DNA from: Macrostomum lignano
Taxonomy: Eukaryota
DNA length: 64,000 nt
Direction: 5' to 3'
NCBI GenBank assembly: GCA_002269645.1
Contig: NIVC01001414.1
Location: forward strand, 248,001 to 312,000
Shown here: positions 47,863 through 62,800 of the stretch, piece after piece
Layout of the letters: every line of letters starts with the position of its first letter
Position numbering within the stretch: position 1 is the stretch's first letter
Notes under the pieces: model-generated
What the model saw: the letters and a program-made list of their open reading frames with translations, nothing else
Told to the model about the DNA's origin: nothing
Database searches by the model: none
Made by a program: the position numbers and the translations under genes

Positions 47863-50800
47863 CGAGTGGAACTCCTCCTTCGGAGAAGAGAGGGGAAGAA
47901 CTTCCATCACCGGAATTCCATTCCCTGAAATCCATCAGCTGAAACTCCATGACTTGAATCCCATCTTCCAAATCATCTCCAAATCCTCTGTAAAGCCTTT
48001 TTGCTCTCCTCTTTGCCCTTTCATTTCCACAGTATAGTCTCTTTCCTCTCGCATCTGCTTTCTCATCTCTAGTCTCTCATCTCTACTCTCTCTTTTTTTG
48101 CTATCTTATATCTATTCTCTCCTCTCTCTCTCCTCTCATCTCTACTCCCCTGTTTATATCTTCTCCCTCGTCCTTTGTGTCTACTCTCTCCTGTCTCATC
48201 TCTCCCCTATTCTCTCTCATGTACTCTCTCAACTCCCAAACTCTCTTATCTATCGTCTCTCCTTCATCCTCTCTTTCTTCTCTTTTCTCTCTCCTCTCTG
48301 CTCTCATTTCTCATATCACCTATGCGCTCTCACCCTCTCCTTTCCTATCTACTATCTTTCTTCCCTCCTTTCTACCATCTCCTGTTTCCTTTCTTCTGTC
48401 TTTTCTCTCCTCTCCATTCTTTCTTATCTCTTCTCCTTTCTCCTCTCATCATCGTCTCTAATCTCTAATCTCTTCTCTCTCTTATTTTCTCACTCATATC
48501 TTTTCTCATTGCATCTTTCATTTCTACTCTCCTCACTACTTTCTTATCTTAACTCTCTCATCTCTGATCTTTTATCTCTCTCCTCTCTCCTCTTAACATT
48601 CTCCTCTCGCTTCTCTCTCCTCTCTCTCTCCTCTCATCTCTACTCCCTTTTTTATCTCTTCTCCCTCGTCTTTCGTCTGTACCCTCTCCTGTCTACTCTC
48701 CTATCTTCTATCTAATATCTCCCCTTTTCTCTCATTTCTCATATCTCATCTCTAATCACTTATCTATCGTCTCCGCTCTACTTTCTCTCTTCCCTCTGCT
48801 CTCATTTCTCGTATCTCTTATACGCTCTCAACCTCTCCTTTCTTATCTCCCATTTTTCTTCCCTCCTTTCTACTGCATCACCTGTCTCCTCTCCTCTCTT
48901 CTCTCCTCTCATCTGTACTATCTTATTTATCTCTTCTCCCAGGTCTTTAAAATTTACTCTCTCCTGTCTCCTCTCTCCCCTCGTCTTTCCTCTCTCATAT
49001 CTCTTCTCTACTCACTTATCTATTCTCTCTCCTCTGCTCCCCTTTTACACTTTCCTATATGCTCTCACTCTCACCCTCCCCTTTCTTATCTGCTGTTTTT
49101 ACACTCCTTTCTACCACCTGTCTCCTCTCGTTTCTCTCCTCTCTACACTCTCATCTTTACCCTCTTCTTTCTCCTCACTACTTTCTTCTCTTAAATCTCT
49201 GATCTCTGATCTTTCATCTCTCTCCTCTCACCTCTCACCTCTCTCCTCTCTTTCCCCTCTTCTATTGCCTCTGTACGCTCTTATCCCTTCTTTCTTTTCT
49301 CTCCTGTCTCCTCTCTGCTATCTCATATCTCCTCTCTCATATCCTCTCCCTTCATCTCCTCTCTCCTCTTCTCTTTTCTCTTCCTTCGTTCCCGCCTTAC
49401 TCCCCTCTTCTCTCCCATCTGTCATGTCTAATCTCTCCACTTATTTCTACTCTGTTTTCCATCATCTCATCTCATCTCTCTTCTCTTTTCATTCTTCTCT
49501 TTACTCTCTTCTCTGACTGATTGAAGATGCCAATCCATCAAGATCCTCTCCGCGAAGCAGAAAAATCCTGTCCGTGCAAATGAAAACCATCGAAATCCTC
49601 TCCGTGAAACTGGACTCCTTCGAAATCCTCTCCTTGAAACTTAAATCCATCAAAATCACAGAAATCGTCTCCATAAAACAGAAATCAATCATAGATTATC
49701 TCCGCGAAACAGAAATCCCCTCCGTGAAGCTGAACATCATCGAAATCCTCTCCGTGAAACTGAACATCATCGAAATCCTTTCCACGAAACTGAACACCAT
49801 CGAAATCCTCTCCACGAAACTGAACACCATCGAAATCCTCTCCACGAAACTGAACACCATCGAAATCCTCTCCACGAAACAGAAATCCTCTTCGTCAAAA
49901 TTAAAACATTGAAATCGTCTCCGCTAAACTGGACTCAATCGAATTTTTTCCGTCAAACAACTCAACTCTCCGGATTCATTGGTTAGGGTTAGGGTTAGGG
50001 TTAGGGTTAGAACTACGCACAGGTTTGTGTTAAAAGGCACTGATAAAAATATTGAACTAATTGAATCAATTTATTGCGCAACTTATTTCACAGTCAGTCA
50101 GTCAATCTAAATCAACCCTCCAATACACAGCAGCAGTGAGAAGTTGAACCCTCCCCCAACTTTATCTATTACGTCTCGCAAAACTGATTACAATTTTTGC
50201 AAAAAGGTAAAAGTATGGTAATAGTTTTCCCAATGAAAAGCTTTTAGTTTTCATATATAAAGCAAACAACTTATATCCTCGAACTCTGCATTGCAAGATC
50301 TTTCCAGCAATATAAGTTTCTCCTCTTAAAGTTTAAAACTCGAGGAACAGTTAGCGTTTGAAATTTACCGATCTCCCGACTGCTTGCTAGAGAAGCTCGC
50401 AATTAATTGAATTTCACTGCTAAGCTAATACACAGGGATGCCTATGGAGAAAAAAGGCGCCAATAATAAAACCAATTGAATCTCGACACAGTCCTGATTC
50501 CTATCTATCTGTTTACACTGTACAACTGCTATGTACACTCAGCCCAAGCCCAACCCCCCGTTCTGGGGGAAGCATTAAATTTAACTGAACCCCCCAACAC
50601 GCGGGGGGTTTTATTTCCACTCGCACCCACCACCCCTCAATACACAGCGGCCCGCGGGCGGAGGTTGGGGTGGCTATTTTTACAAACTGGCTGCAGCCCC
50701 AGGCAGAGTGGCCAAAGAAGGTTATTGGGGGTTAAAAAAGCAGTTTTCTGCTTTTTTAGGGATGTTAAAATGTGAAAATTAAAAATTAAAATAGCCTAAA

Positions 50801-53800
50801 GCCTGCTCCGGAAAATTTGCAGTTCTCCCATATAAGTTTCAACGCTGACTTGGCAGAATTGTAGTAGTTCACTTACTACATACATACATACAGACAGACA
50901 AACATCGCGTCAGTTTTAGTATTAGGACGAGGCCAACTCCTCCTCTGGAGGAGAAAGGGGAAGAACTCCCATCACCGGAATTCCATTCCCTGAAATCCAT
51001 CAGCTGAAATTCCATGACTTGAATCCCATCTTCCAAATCATCTCCAAATCCTCTGTAAAGCCTTTCAAATACCATATCTTGTTTTCCCTGTTCGCAAAAA
51101 CTGACTGCCATTGTCCAGACTCAGATTCTTCTGTCTCCTCTCTTCTCTTTTCTCTCCTCTCACGTCTCTCATCTCTACCACCTTATTTATCTCTTCTCCC
51201 TCGTCTTTCGTCTTTCTCTTCTGTCTCCTTTATCCCCTGTTTTCTCCTCTCTCCTCTCTCCTCTCTTCTCTCCTCTCTCATCTCTCATCCCTCATGCCTC
51301 ATCTCACTATTTCTTTCTCCTCTACTCTCAGCTCCTCTCTTCTCTCTCCTCTCATCTCTCCTGTCTCCCTCTGCTATCTCATATCTTCCCTCTCATCTCC
51401 TCTCTCCTCTTTTCTTCTCTCTCCCTCTTCGTTCCCGCCTTACTCTCCTCTTCTCTCCCATCTGTCATGTCTAATCTGTCCTCTCTCATCTCTACTCTCT
51501 TTTCTATAATCTCTTCTCTCTTCTCTTTTCACTCTTCTCTTTACTCTCTTTACTGACTGACTGAAGATACCAAATCCATCAAAATCCCTCCGTGAAACAG
51601 AAATCCTCTCCGCGAAACAGAAATCCTCTCCGCGAAACAGAAACCCTCTCCGTGAAACTGGACTCCTTTCGAAATCCAATCCGCGAAACAGAAATCCTCT
51701 CCGTGAAACTGGGCTCCATGGAAATCCTCTGAGTGAAACTGACATCCATCAAAATCGTCTCCGTAAAACAGAAATACATCTGGATTCTCTCCACGAAAAA
51801 GAAATCCTCTCCGTGAAACCGAAAACCATCAGAATACTCCGTGAAACTGGACTCAATCGAAATTTTCTCTGTCAAAAAGAACTTAACTTTCAGAATTCAT
51901 TGGTTAGGGTTAGGGTTAGAGCTGCACAGAGCTGCGTGTTGAATTAATTGAATCAATTAATTGCGCAAACCATTTCTCAGTCAGACAGTATCAGTCTTAT
52001 TTAAAGTTAAATAAACGGTTGCGCAATCTAAATCAACCCTCCAATACGCAGCGGCAGACCCCCTTCCAATACGCCCAACTTTATCTATTACGTCTCGCAA
52101 AACTGAGTACAATTTTTGCAGAAAGTTAAAAGTATAGAAATAGTTTTTTAAATGCTGTGCTTTTTCTTTTCATATTTAAAGCATATAACTTATATTCCCG
52201 AACTCAGCGTTGCAAGATCTTTCCAGCAATATAAGTCTCTCCTCTCAAAGTTTAAAACTTGAGGAACAGTTAGCGTTTGAAATTTACCAATTTCCCGACT
52301 GCTTGCTAGAGAAGCTCGCAAGTTTATTCATTGAATTTCACTGCCAAACTAATACACAGGGCTGCCAATAATAAAACCAAATGAATCTCGACACAGTCTA
52401 TCTATTTACACTGTACAACTGCTATGTACACTCAGCCCAAGCCCAACCCCCCGTTCCGGGGGAATCATTAAATTGAACTTAACCCCCCAACACGCGGGGG
52501 TTTTATTTGCATTGAACACAGAACACGCGCACCCACCACCCCTCAATACACAGCGGCCCGCGGGCGGAGGTTGGGGTGGCTATTTTTACAAACTGGCTGA
52601 AGCCCAGGCAGAGTGGCCAAAGAAGGTTATTGGGGTTAAAAAAGCAGTTTTCTGCTTTTTTAGGGATGTTAAAATGTGAAAATTAAAAATTAAAATAGCC
52701 TAAAGCCTGCTCCGGAAAATTTGCAGTTTTCCCATATAAGTTTCGACGCTGACTTGGCAGTATTGTAGGAGTTCACTTACAACATACATACACACAAACA
52801 ACGCACCACTTTTAGTATTAAGACGAGTGGAACTCCTCCTTCGGAGGAGAAAGGGGAAGAACTCCCATCACCGGAATTCCATTCCCTGAAATATCCATCA
52901 ACTGAAATTCCATGTCTTGAACCCTATCTTCCAAATCGTCTCCAAATTCTTTACAAAACTTTTCAAAGACCATAGCTCAAAGTCTCCTAAGTCTATTATA
53001 TCTCCTCTCTCCTCTCTTCGCTATTATCGTGACTCTCTTCTCTCTTCTCTCTCTCATTACATCTCTACCCCTACTCCCTTATTTATCTCTTCTCCCTCGT
53101 CTTTCGTTTGTACCCTCTCCTGTCTCTTGTCTCCTCTCTTCTCTCATATCTCTCCCTCTTCTCTCCTCTCTCATATGTCATCTCTCCTTACTTATCTATC
53201 GTCTCTCTTAACCCCCTCTCTCTCTTCTCTTTTCTCTCCTATCTGCTTCTCATTTCTCAAATCTCATATACGCTCTCACACTCTACTTTCTTGTCTCCCA
53301 TCTTTCTTTCCTCCTTTCCACTATCCCCTGTCTCTTCTTTTCTCTCTTTTCTATCCTCTCCATTCTCTCTTCTCTCCTCTCCTTGCTCCTTTCATCTTCT
53401 CCCCTCTCTTCTCTAATCTCTAATCTCCTTTCTCTTATGTTCTCACTCATCTCTTTTCTCATCCCATCTCTCATCTCTCCTCTCCTCGCTACTTTCCTCT
53501 CTTAACTCTCTCATCTCTGATCTTTCATCTCTCTCCTCTCTCCTCTCTCTCTTCTCCTTTCGCTTCTCTCTCCTCTCATCTCTACTACCCTATTTATATC
53601 TTCTCCCTGGTCTTTCGTCTCTACTCTCTCCCGTCTCCTTTCTCCCCTCTTTTCTCCTCTCTTCTCTCTCCTCTCTTCCCTCCTCTCTCCTCTTCTCTTC
53701 TCTCTCCGTTCCCGCCTTACTCCCCTCTTCTCTCCCATCTATCATGTCTAATTTCTCCACTCATTTCTACTCTGTTTTCTATCATCTCATCTCTCTTTTC

Positions 53801-56800
53801 TTTTCATTCATCGCTTTACTCTCTTCTCTGACTGATTGAAGATGCCAAATCCATCAAGATCCTCTCCGCGAAGCAGAAGCAAGATCGTCTCCGCTAAACT
53901 GGACTCAATCGAATTTTTTCCGTCAAACAACTCAACTCTCCGGATTCTTTGGTTAGGGTTAGGGTTAGGGCTAGGGTTAGAACGCACAGTTTCGTGTTAA
54001 AAGGCACTGATAAAAATATTGAACTAATTGAATCAATTCATTGCGCAACCGATTTCACAGTCAGTCAGTATCAGTCTCAGTTAAAGTTAACAAAAACATT
54101 GCGCAATCTAAATCAACCCTCCAATACACAGCAGCAGTGAGAAGTTGAACCCTCCCCCCCCCAACTTTATCTATTACGTCTCGCAAAACTGAGTACAATC
54201 TTTGCAGCAAGTTAAAAGTATGGAAATAGTTTTTCAAATGCTGTGCTTTTTATTTTTATATTTAAAGCAAACAACTTATATCCCCGAACTCAGCGTTGCA
54301 AGATCTTTCCAGCAATATAAGTCTCTCCTCTCAAAGTTTAAAACTCGAGGAACAGTTAGCGTTTGTAATTTCCCAATTTCCCGACTGCTTGACTGAGAGG
54401 CTCGCAAGTTTGTTCATTGAAATTCACTGCCGAGCTAATACACAGGGCCGATAATAAAACCAATTGAATCTCGGCACAGTTCTATCTGTTTACAACAGCT
54501 ATGTACACTCAGCCCAAGCCCACCCCCCCCCGTTCCGGGGAATCATTAAATTCAACTCAACTCCCCAACACGCGGGGGTTTTATTTGCATTGAACGCAGA
54601 AAACGCGCACCCACCACCCCTCAATACACAGCGGCCCACGGGCGGAGGTTGGGGTGGCTATTTTTACAAACTGGCTGCAGCCCCAGGCAGAGTAGCAAAA
54701 GAAGGTTATTTGGGGTCAAAAAGGTAGTTTTCTGCTTTTTTGAGGTTCTTAGAAATTAAAATTTCAGAATTAAAATAGCCTATAGCCGACCTCGGATAAT
54801 TTCCAATCTTCCCATATAAGTTTCAACGCTGAGTTGGCACTATTCAAGGAGGAGTTGTCGAAATGACAGACAGACATACAGACAGACATACAGACAGACA
54901 GACAAACAACGTCAACTTTAGTATATATAGACGAGTGGAACTCCTCCTTCGGAGGAGAAAGGGGAAGAACTCCCATCACCGGAATTCCATTCCCTGAATT
55001 ATCCATCAACTGAAATTCCATGTCTTGAACCCCATCTTCCAAATCGTCTCCAAATTCTTTACAAACCTTTCAAAGACCATAGCTCAAAGACTCTTACGTC
55101 TCTCATATCTACTCTCTCCTCTCTTCGCTATTATCGTGACTCGCTTCTCTCTCCTCTCTCTCATCTCATCTCTACCCCTACTCTCTTTTATCTCTGCTCC
55201 CTTCTTTATCTCTTCTCCCTCGTCTTTCGTCTGTACCCTCTCCTGTCTACTCTCCTATCTTCTCTATTATCTCTCCCCTTTTCTCTCCTCTCTCATATCT
55301 CATCTCTACTTACTTATCTATTGTCTCCGCTCTACTTTCTCTCTTCTCTCTGCTCTCATTTCTCGTATCTCTTATACGCTCTCACCCTCTCTCTTTCTTA
55401 TCTACCATCTTTCTTCCCTTTCTACTGCATCACCTGTCTCCTCTCCTCTCTTTTCTCTCCTCTCCATACTCTCTTCTCTCGTCTCATCTCCCCTCATCTC
55501 TTCTCTAATCTCGAATCTCTCCTCTCTCATATCTCTTCTCTACTCACTTATCTATTCTCTCTCCTCTGCTCCCCTTTTACACTTTCCTATATGCTCTCAC
55601 TCCCATCCTCTCCTTTCTTATCTCCTGTTTTTTACACTCCTTTCTACCACCTGTCTCCTCTCGTTTCTCTCCTCTCTGCACTCTCATCTTTACCCTCTTC
55701 TTTCTCCTCACTACTTTCTTCTCTTAAATCTCTGATCTCTGATCTTTCATCTCTCTCCTCTCACCTCTCACCTCTCTCCTCTCTTTCCTCTCTTCTATTG
55801 CCTCTGTACGCTCTTATCCCTCCTTTCTTCTCTCTCCTGTCTCCTCTCTGCTATCTCATATCTCCTCTCTCATATCCTCTCCCTTCATCTCCTCTCTCCT
55901 CTTCTCTTCTCTCTCCTTCGTTCCCGCCTTACTCCCATCTTCTCTCCCATCTGTCATGTCTAATCTCTCCACTCATTTCTACTCTGTTTTCTACCATCTC
56001 ATATCTCTTCTCTTTCATTCTTCTCTTTACTCTCTTCTCTGACTGATTTAAGATGCCAAATCCATCAAGATCCTCTCCGCGAAGCAGAAATCCTGTCCGT
56101 GCAACTGAAAACCATCGAAATCCTCTCCGTGAAACTGGACTCCTTCGAAATCCTCTCCTTGAAACTTAAATCCATCAAAATGGTCTCCATAAAACATAAA
56201 TCAATCATAATTTATCTCCGCGAAACAGAAATCCTCTCCGTGAAGCTGAACATCATCGAAATTCTCTCCGTGAAACTGAACATCATCGAAATCCTTTCCA
56301 CGAAACTGAACACCATTGAAATCCTCTCCACGAAACTGAACACCATTGAAATCCTCTCCACGAAACTGAACACCATCGAAATCCTCTCCACGAAACTGAA
56401 CACCATTGAAATCCTCTCCACGAAACTGAACACCATCGAATCCTCTCCACGAAACAGAAATCCTCTTCGTCAGAATTTAAACATTGAAATCGTCTCCGCT
56501 AAACTTGACTTAATCGAATTTTTTCCGTCAAACAACTCAACTCGCCAGATTCATTAGGGTTAGGGTTAGGGTTAGGGTTAGGGTTAGAACTACGCACAGC
56601 TTCGTGTTAAAAGGCACAGATAAAAATATTGAACTAATTGAATCAATTCATTGCGCAACCGATTTCACAGTCAGTCAGTATCAGCCTCAGGTAAAGTTAA
56701 CAAAAACATTGCGCAATCTAAGTCAACCCTCTAATACACAGCAGCAGTGAGAAGTTCAACCCTCCCCCCAACAATCTTTGCAGATTAAAGTACAATCTTT

Positions 56801-59800
56801 GCAGAAAGTTAAAAGTATGGAAATAGTTTTTCAAATGCTGTGCTTTTTCTTTTCATATTTAAAGCAAACAACTTATATCCCCGAACTCAGCGTTGCAAGA
56901 TCTTGCCAGCAATATAAGTATCTCCTCTCAAAGTTTAAAACTCGAGGAACAGTTGCCGTTTCTAATTTCCCAATTTCCCGACTGCTTGCCTGAGAGGCTC
57001 GCAATTTTGTACATTGAATTTCACTGCCAAGCTAATACACAGGGCCGATAATAAAAAAGTGAACCAATTGAATCAATTGATTGCGCAATATATTTCTGTG
57101 TTAGTCAGTATAAGTCTCAGTTAAAGTTAACAAAAAGTTTGCGCAATCTAATCAACCCTCCAATACAAAGCAACTGACCCCCTTCCTATACACAGCGCCA
57201 GTTAGAAGTCGAAACCCCCAACTTTATCTCTCACCTCTCGCCAAAATGAGTACAATCTTTGCAGAAAGTTTAAAGTATGGAAATAGTTTTTGCAATGCAG
57301 AGCTTTTAGTTTTCATATTTAAAGCAAACAATTTATATCCCTGAAATCAGCTTTGCAAGTTCTTTCCAGCAATATAAATTTTTTCTCTCAAAGTTAAAAA
57401 CTCGAGCAACAGTTTGCGTTTGAAACTTTCTGATTTAAAGCATTGAAATATCGATTGTACGTTCACTGCCTGCTAAAGAGGCCCGCAAGTTTATGCATTG
57501 AATTTCAAGGTTCAACAAAATCACAGGGCTGCCTATTGAAAATTAGAACACAAATCTTTGCGCAATTGTCTATACAGTCAGCCAGTGAGCCAGGGTCCGA
57601 TTGTACACAGGCAGCCATTAAGAACGCCCCATCCCCCCACTGGAGAGAAAATACACTGCAGAGATAGGGAAAAGTTGTGGCGCAATCACTTGAAATTCAT
57701 GCAAATTTTCAGCTCCAAGCAGAAAGAGGGGACAATTAAGATTATCAAAGGTCAAGACCGCCGTTTTCTGCTTTTTTGAGGATCTTAGAAATTAAAATTT
57801 CAGAATTAAAATAGCCTATAGCCGACCTCGGATAATTTCCAATCTTCCCATATAAGTTTCAACGCTGAGTTGCCACTATTCAAGGAGGAGTTGTCGAAAT
57901 GACAGACAGACACACAGACAGACAGACAAACAACGCGTCAACTTTAGTATATACGAGTGGAACTCCTCCTTCGGAGGAGAAAGGGGAAGAACTCCCATCA
58001 CCGGAATTCCATTCCCTGAAATATCCATCAACTGAAATTCCATGTCTTGAACCCTATCTTCCAAATCGTCTCCAAATTCTTTAGAAAACCTTTCAAAGAC
58101 CATAGCTCAAAGACTCTCACGTCTCTCATATCTACTCTCTCCACTCTGTGCTATTATCGTGACTCTCTTCTCTCTCCTCTCTCTCATCTCATCTCTACCC
58201 GTACTCCCTTATTTATGTTTTCTCCCTCGTCTTTCGTCTGTACCCTCTCCTGTCTCTTGTCTCCTCTCTTCTCTCATATCTCTCCTTTCACTTCTGTCTC
58301 CTGTCTTCTCTCTTCTCTCTTATCTCTCCCTCTTCTCTCCTCTTTTATATGTCATCCCTATTCACTTATCTATCGTCTCTCTTAACCCTCTCTCTCTTCT
58401 CTTTTCTTTCCTCTCTGCTCTCATTTCTCATATCTCATATACGCTCTCACACTCCACTTACTTGTCTCCAATCTTTCTTTCCTCCTTTCCACTTTTCCCT
58501 GTCTCTTCTCTTCTCTCTTTTCTATCCTCTCCATTCTCTCTTTTCTCCTCCCCTTGCTCCTTTTATCTTCTCCCCTCTCTTCTCTAATCTCTTCTCTCTT
58601 CTCTCTTATGTTCTCACTCATCTCTTATCATCGCATCTCTCATCTCTCCTCTCCTCACTACTTTCCTCTCTTAACTCTCTTATCTATTTCATCTCTCTCC
58701 TCTCTCCTCTTTCTCTTCTCCTCTCGCTTCTTCTCTCGCTTCTCTCTCCTATCTCTCCTCTCATCTCTACTACCGTATTTATATCTTCAAACTGGTCCTT
58801 CGTCTCTACTCTCTCCTTTCTCCTTTCTCCCCTCTTTTCTCCTTTCTTGTCTCTCCTGTCTCCCCTCCTCTCTCATCCCTCATCCCCTCATCTCACTCTT
58901 TCTTTCTCCTCTACTCTCCCCTCTCTTCTATTTTCTCTGTACGCTCTTATCACTAATCTATTTTCTCTCGTCTCTCCTCTTTTCTTCTCTCTCCCTCTTC
59001 GTTCCCGCCTAAATCCCCTCTTCTCTCCAATCTGTCATGTCTAATATCTCCACTTATTTCTACTCTGTTTTCTATCATCTCATCTCTCTTCTGCTTTCAT
59101 TCTTCTCTTTACTCTTTTCTCTGACTGATTGAAGATGCCAAATCCATCAAGATCCTCTCCGCGAAGCAGAAATCCTGTCCGTGCAACTGAAAACCATCGA
59201 AATCCTCTCCGTGAAACTGGACTCCTTCGAAATCCTTTCCGTGAAACTGAAAACCATCGAAATTCTCTCTTTTAAACTGGACTCAATCGAAATTTTCTCC
59301 GTCAAAAAAAATAAATATCAGGATTCATTGGTTAGGGTTATTGTTAGGGTTAGGGTTAGGGTTAAAGCTACACACAGCTGCGTGTTCAAATAAAAATTGA
59401 ACCAATTGAATCAATTGATTGCGCAACCGATTTCTCAGTCAGTCAGTATCAGTCTCAGTTAAAGTTAACAAAAAGATTGCGCAATCTAAATCAACCCTCC
59501 AGTACACAGAGACCGACCCCTTTTCAATACGCAGTAGCAGTTAGAAATTGAACGCCGAACTGTTGGGGGCATTGAACCAAAAAATGAGTACAATCTTTGC
59601 ATAAAGCTAAAAGTATGGAAATAGTTTTTTTGATGCTGCTCTTTTAGTCTTTATATTTATAGCAAACAATTTATATCCTCGAACTCAGCGTTGCAAGATC
59701 TTTTCAGCAGTATAAGTATCTTCTCTTAAAGTTTAGAACTCGAAGAGCAGTTAGCGTTTGAAAGTTCCCGTTTTAAGGCATTGAAATATCGCGTGTACGT

Positions 59801-62800
59801 TCACTGCCTGCCAAAGAGGCTCGCAAATTTATTCATTCATTACACAGGCTGGCTATTACACAGGGCAGCCTATTGAAAGGCACAGATAATAAAACAAATT
59901 GATGGCGCAACCGATTTCACAGTCAGTCAGTATCAGTCTCAGTTAAAGTTAAGAAAAACATTGCGCAATCTAAATCAACCCTCCAATACACAGCAGCAGT
60001 AAGAAGTTGAACCCTCCCCCAAACTTTATCTATTACGTCTCGCAAAACTGAGTGCAATCTTTGCAGAAAGTTAAAAGTGTGGAAATAGTTTTTCAAATGC
60101 TGTGCTTTTTCTTTTCATATTTAAAGCAAACAACTTATATCCCCGAACTCAGCGTTGCAAGATCTTGCCAGCAATATAAGTTTCTCCTCTCAAAGTTTAA
60201 AACTCGAGGAACAGTTAGCGTTTGAAACTGTCTGATTTATAGCATTGAAGTATCGAGTGTACGTTCACTGCCTGCTTGCAAGTTGATGCATTGAATTTCA
60301 ATGTCCAACAAATACACAGGACTGCCCATTGAAAGGCAGGAAAACTTATCAGTAGCCATATCATTGCGCAATTATCTATAAAGTCAGCCAGTGAGCCAGG
60401 GTCCAAGTGTACACACGCAGCCACTGAGAACGCTCCCACCCCCCACTGGAAAGAAAATACACTACAGAGATAGGGAAAAGTTGTGGCGCAATCACTAAAA
60501 ATTCATGCATTTTTCAGCTCCAAGCAGAAAGAGGGGACAATTAAGATTATCAAAGGTCAAGACCGCCGTTTTCTGCTTTTTTGAGGATCTTAGAAATTAA
60601 AATTTCAGAATTAAAATAGCCTATAGCCGACCTCGGATAATTTCCAATCTTCCCATATAAGTTTCAACGCTGAGTTGGCACTATTCAAGGAGGAGTTGTC
60701 GAAATGACAGACAGACACACAGACAGACAGACAAACAACACGTCAACTTTAGTATATACGAGTGGAACTCCTCCTTCGGAGGAGAAAGGGGAAGAACTCC
60801 CATCACCGGAATTCTGAAGGGGAAGAACTCCTATCAGCTGAAATTCCATGAATTGAATCCCATCTTCCAAATCATTTCCAAATCCTCTACAATCTATCAA
60901 CTCCCATCTCTCATCTCTTGCGCCCTGCGCTCTGATTTTTATTTTTACTCTCTTCTTTCTCCTCACTAATTACTCCTCTTTACACTTTCATCTCTCTCAT
61001 CTATGATCTTTCATCTCTCTTCTCCCTCCTCTCTATTCCTACTCTTCTCGCTTATCTCTTCTCTCTCTTTTCTCATCTCTACTCCCTTATTTATCTCTTC
61101 TCCCTCGTCTTTCGTCTGTATCCTCTTCTGTCTACTCTCCTATCTTCTCTCTTATCTCTCCCCTTTTCTCTCCTCTCTCATATCTCATCTCTACTCACTT
61201 ATCTATCGTCTCCGCTCTACTTTCTCTCTTCTTTTTTCTCTCTTCTCTCTGCTCTCATTTCTCGTATCTCTTATACGCTCTCACCCTCTCCTTTCTTATC
61301 TCCCATCTTTCTTCCCTCCTTTCTACTGCATCACCTGTCTCCTCTCCTCTCTTTTCTCTCCTCTCCATTCTCTCTTCTCTCCTCTTATCTCCCCTCATCT
61401 CTTCTCTAATCTCTAATCTCTCCTCTCTCATATCTCTTCTCTACTCACTTATCTATTCTCTCTCCTCTGCTCCCCTTTTACACTTTCCTATATGCTCTCA
61501 CTCCCATCCTCTCCTTTCTTATCTCCTGTTTTTTACACTCCGTTCTACCACCTGTCTCCTCTCGTTTCTCTCCTCTCTGCACTCTCATCTTTACCCTCTT
61601 CTTTCTCCTCACTACTTTCTTCTCTTAAATCTCTGATCTCTGATCTTTCATCTCTCTCCTCTCACCTCTCACCTCTCTCCTCTCTTTCCTCTCTTCTATT
61701 GCCTCTGTGCGCTCTTATCCCTCTTTTCTTCTCTGTCCTGTCTCCTCTCTGCTATCTCATATCTCCTCTCTCATATCCTCTCCCTTCATCTCCTCTCTCC
61801 TCTTCTCTTCTTTCTTCCTTCGTTCCCGCCTTACTACCCTCTTCTCTCCCATCTGTCATGTCTAATCTCTCCACTCATTTCTACTCTGTTTTCTATCATC
61901 TCATCTCTCTTCTCTTTTCATTTTTCTCTTTACTCTCTTCTCTGACTGATTGAAGATGCCAAATCCATCAAGATCCTCTCCGCGAAGCAGAAATCCTGTC
62001 CGTGCAACTGAAAACCATCGAAATCCTCTCCGTGAAACTGGACTCCTTCGAAATCCTCTCCTTGAAACTTAAATCCATCAAAATCGTCTCCATAAAACAG
62101 AAATCAATCATAAATTATCTCCGCGAAACAGAAATCCTCTCCGTGAAGCTGAACATCATCGAAATCCTCTCCGTGAAACTGAACACCATCGGAATCCTCT
62201 CCACGAAACAGAAATCCTCTCCGTCAAAACTAAAACATTGAAATCGTCTCCGCTAAACTGGACTCAATCGAATTTTTTTCCGTCAAACAACTCAACTCTC
62301 CGGATTCATTGGTTAGGGTTAGGGTTAGGGTTAGAACGCACAGCTTCGTGTTGAAAGGCACTGATAAAAATATTGAACTAATTGAATCAATTCATTGCGC
62401 AACCGATTTCACAGTCAGTCAGTATCAGTCGCAGTTAAAGTTAACAAAAACATTGCGCAATCTAAATCAACACTCCAATACACAGCAGCAGTGAGAAGTT
62501 GAACCCTCCCCCAACTTTATCTATTACGTCTCGCAAAACTGAGTACGATTTTTGCAGAAAGTTAAAAGTATGGAAATAGTTTTTTAAATGCTGTGCTTTT
62601 TCTTTTCATATTTAAAGCAAACAACTTACATCCCCGAACTCAGCGTTGCAAGATCTTTCCAGCAATATAAGTCTCTCCTCTCAAAGTTTAAAACTCGAGC
62701 AACAGTTTGCGTTTGAAACTTTCTGATTTAAAGCATTGAAATATCGATTGTACGTTCACTGCCTGCTAAAGAGGCCCGCAAGTTTATGCATTGAATTTCA